Part shown: one piece after another, positions 63,723 through 64,000 of the stretch | Position numbering within the stretch: position 1 is the stretch's first letter | How the letters are laid out: the number at the start of each line of letters is the position of its first letter | Assembly (NCBI GenBank): GCA_030833205.1 | Contig: JAURHS010000003.1 | Coordinates: 2,707 to 66,706, forward strand | Origin: Prosthecobacter sp. | GTDB taxonomy: Bacteria; Verrucomicrobiota; Verrucomicrobiia; Verrucomicrobiales; Verrucomicrobiaceae | Direction of reading: 5' to 3' | DNA: 64,000 bases | Position numbers and translations under genes: made by a program | Notes under the pieces: generated by a model | What the model saw: the letters and a program-made list of their open reading frames with translations, nothing else | The model's database searches: none | What the model was told of the DNA's origin: nothing

Positions 63723-64000
63723 ATGGCAAGGAGCCGTTCCATAATCAGCGTAGTGCCCGCAGGGCTGGGTCACCAGGTCCTGGGCCAGCGCACCCACACC
63801 CTGCCAGGCCTGACCCTCGACATCCTGGCCACCCGCCGCATCGAGCTTACCCAGTGGCGCCTGCAACGCCTCAGCGATCCCTACTGGCGCCTTTACTGGC
63901 CCCTGCAGAGTGGTGGCGCGGTGCAAATCGGCTCTCTATGGACCGCCCTGGAACCAGATCAACTCTACCTGATCCCGCCGCGCACCTCCTTTTCAACCAC
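63723..64000 (+). CDS. AraC-family regulator, N-terminal cupin part (runs off the window)
   Basis: Manual translation open to the edge: ...QWRLQRLSDPYWRLYWPLQSGG...LEPDQLYLIPPRTSF. Divergent from lsrF. Confidence 0.6.
   Translation, partial: MARSRSIISVVPAGLGHQVLGQRTHTLPGLTLDILATRRIELTQWRLQRLSDPYWRLYWPLQSGGAVQIGSLWTALEPDQLYLIPPRTSFST

Overview
GC-rich bacterial chromosomal segment, most likely Verrucomicrobiota (inferred from the mcsA-mcsB-clpC operon, the poly-basic DRRRRRRKF segment in RpoB, the alternative complex III genes and the style of the giant surface protein). It is mostly core genome: the tRNA-Thr-tuf-tRNA-Trp-secE-nusG-rplKAJL-rpoBC cluster, mcsAB-clpC, rpmI-rplT, hisBH, menAC, panB, purC, gnd, trxA, mazG, an incomplete alternative complex III operon (actABCD), DinG and SMUG1 repair genes, a sugar-acid/lsrF cluster and an 8.4-kb RCC1/Ig-repeat surface protein. 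I found no mobile elements, prophage or CRISPR. The most interesting signals are non-coding. Structured RNAs sit inside ribosomal-protein operons: an L10-leader-like element between rplJ and rplL, a multi-stem RNA between rpmI and rplT, and an L1-site-like hairpin before rplA. Start codons are preceded by G-poor, C-rich tracts instead of Shine-Dalgarno motifs. A perfect Rex/CRP-type operator lies at the ACIII promoter. There are also two apparent pseudoenzymes (a degenerate PurN-like domain fused to HldC and a membrane pseudokinase) and an overlooked small membrane ORF. All calls come from motif recognition by eye; no searches were run.
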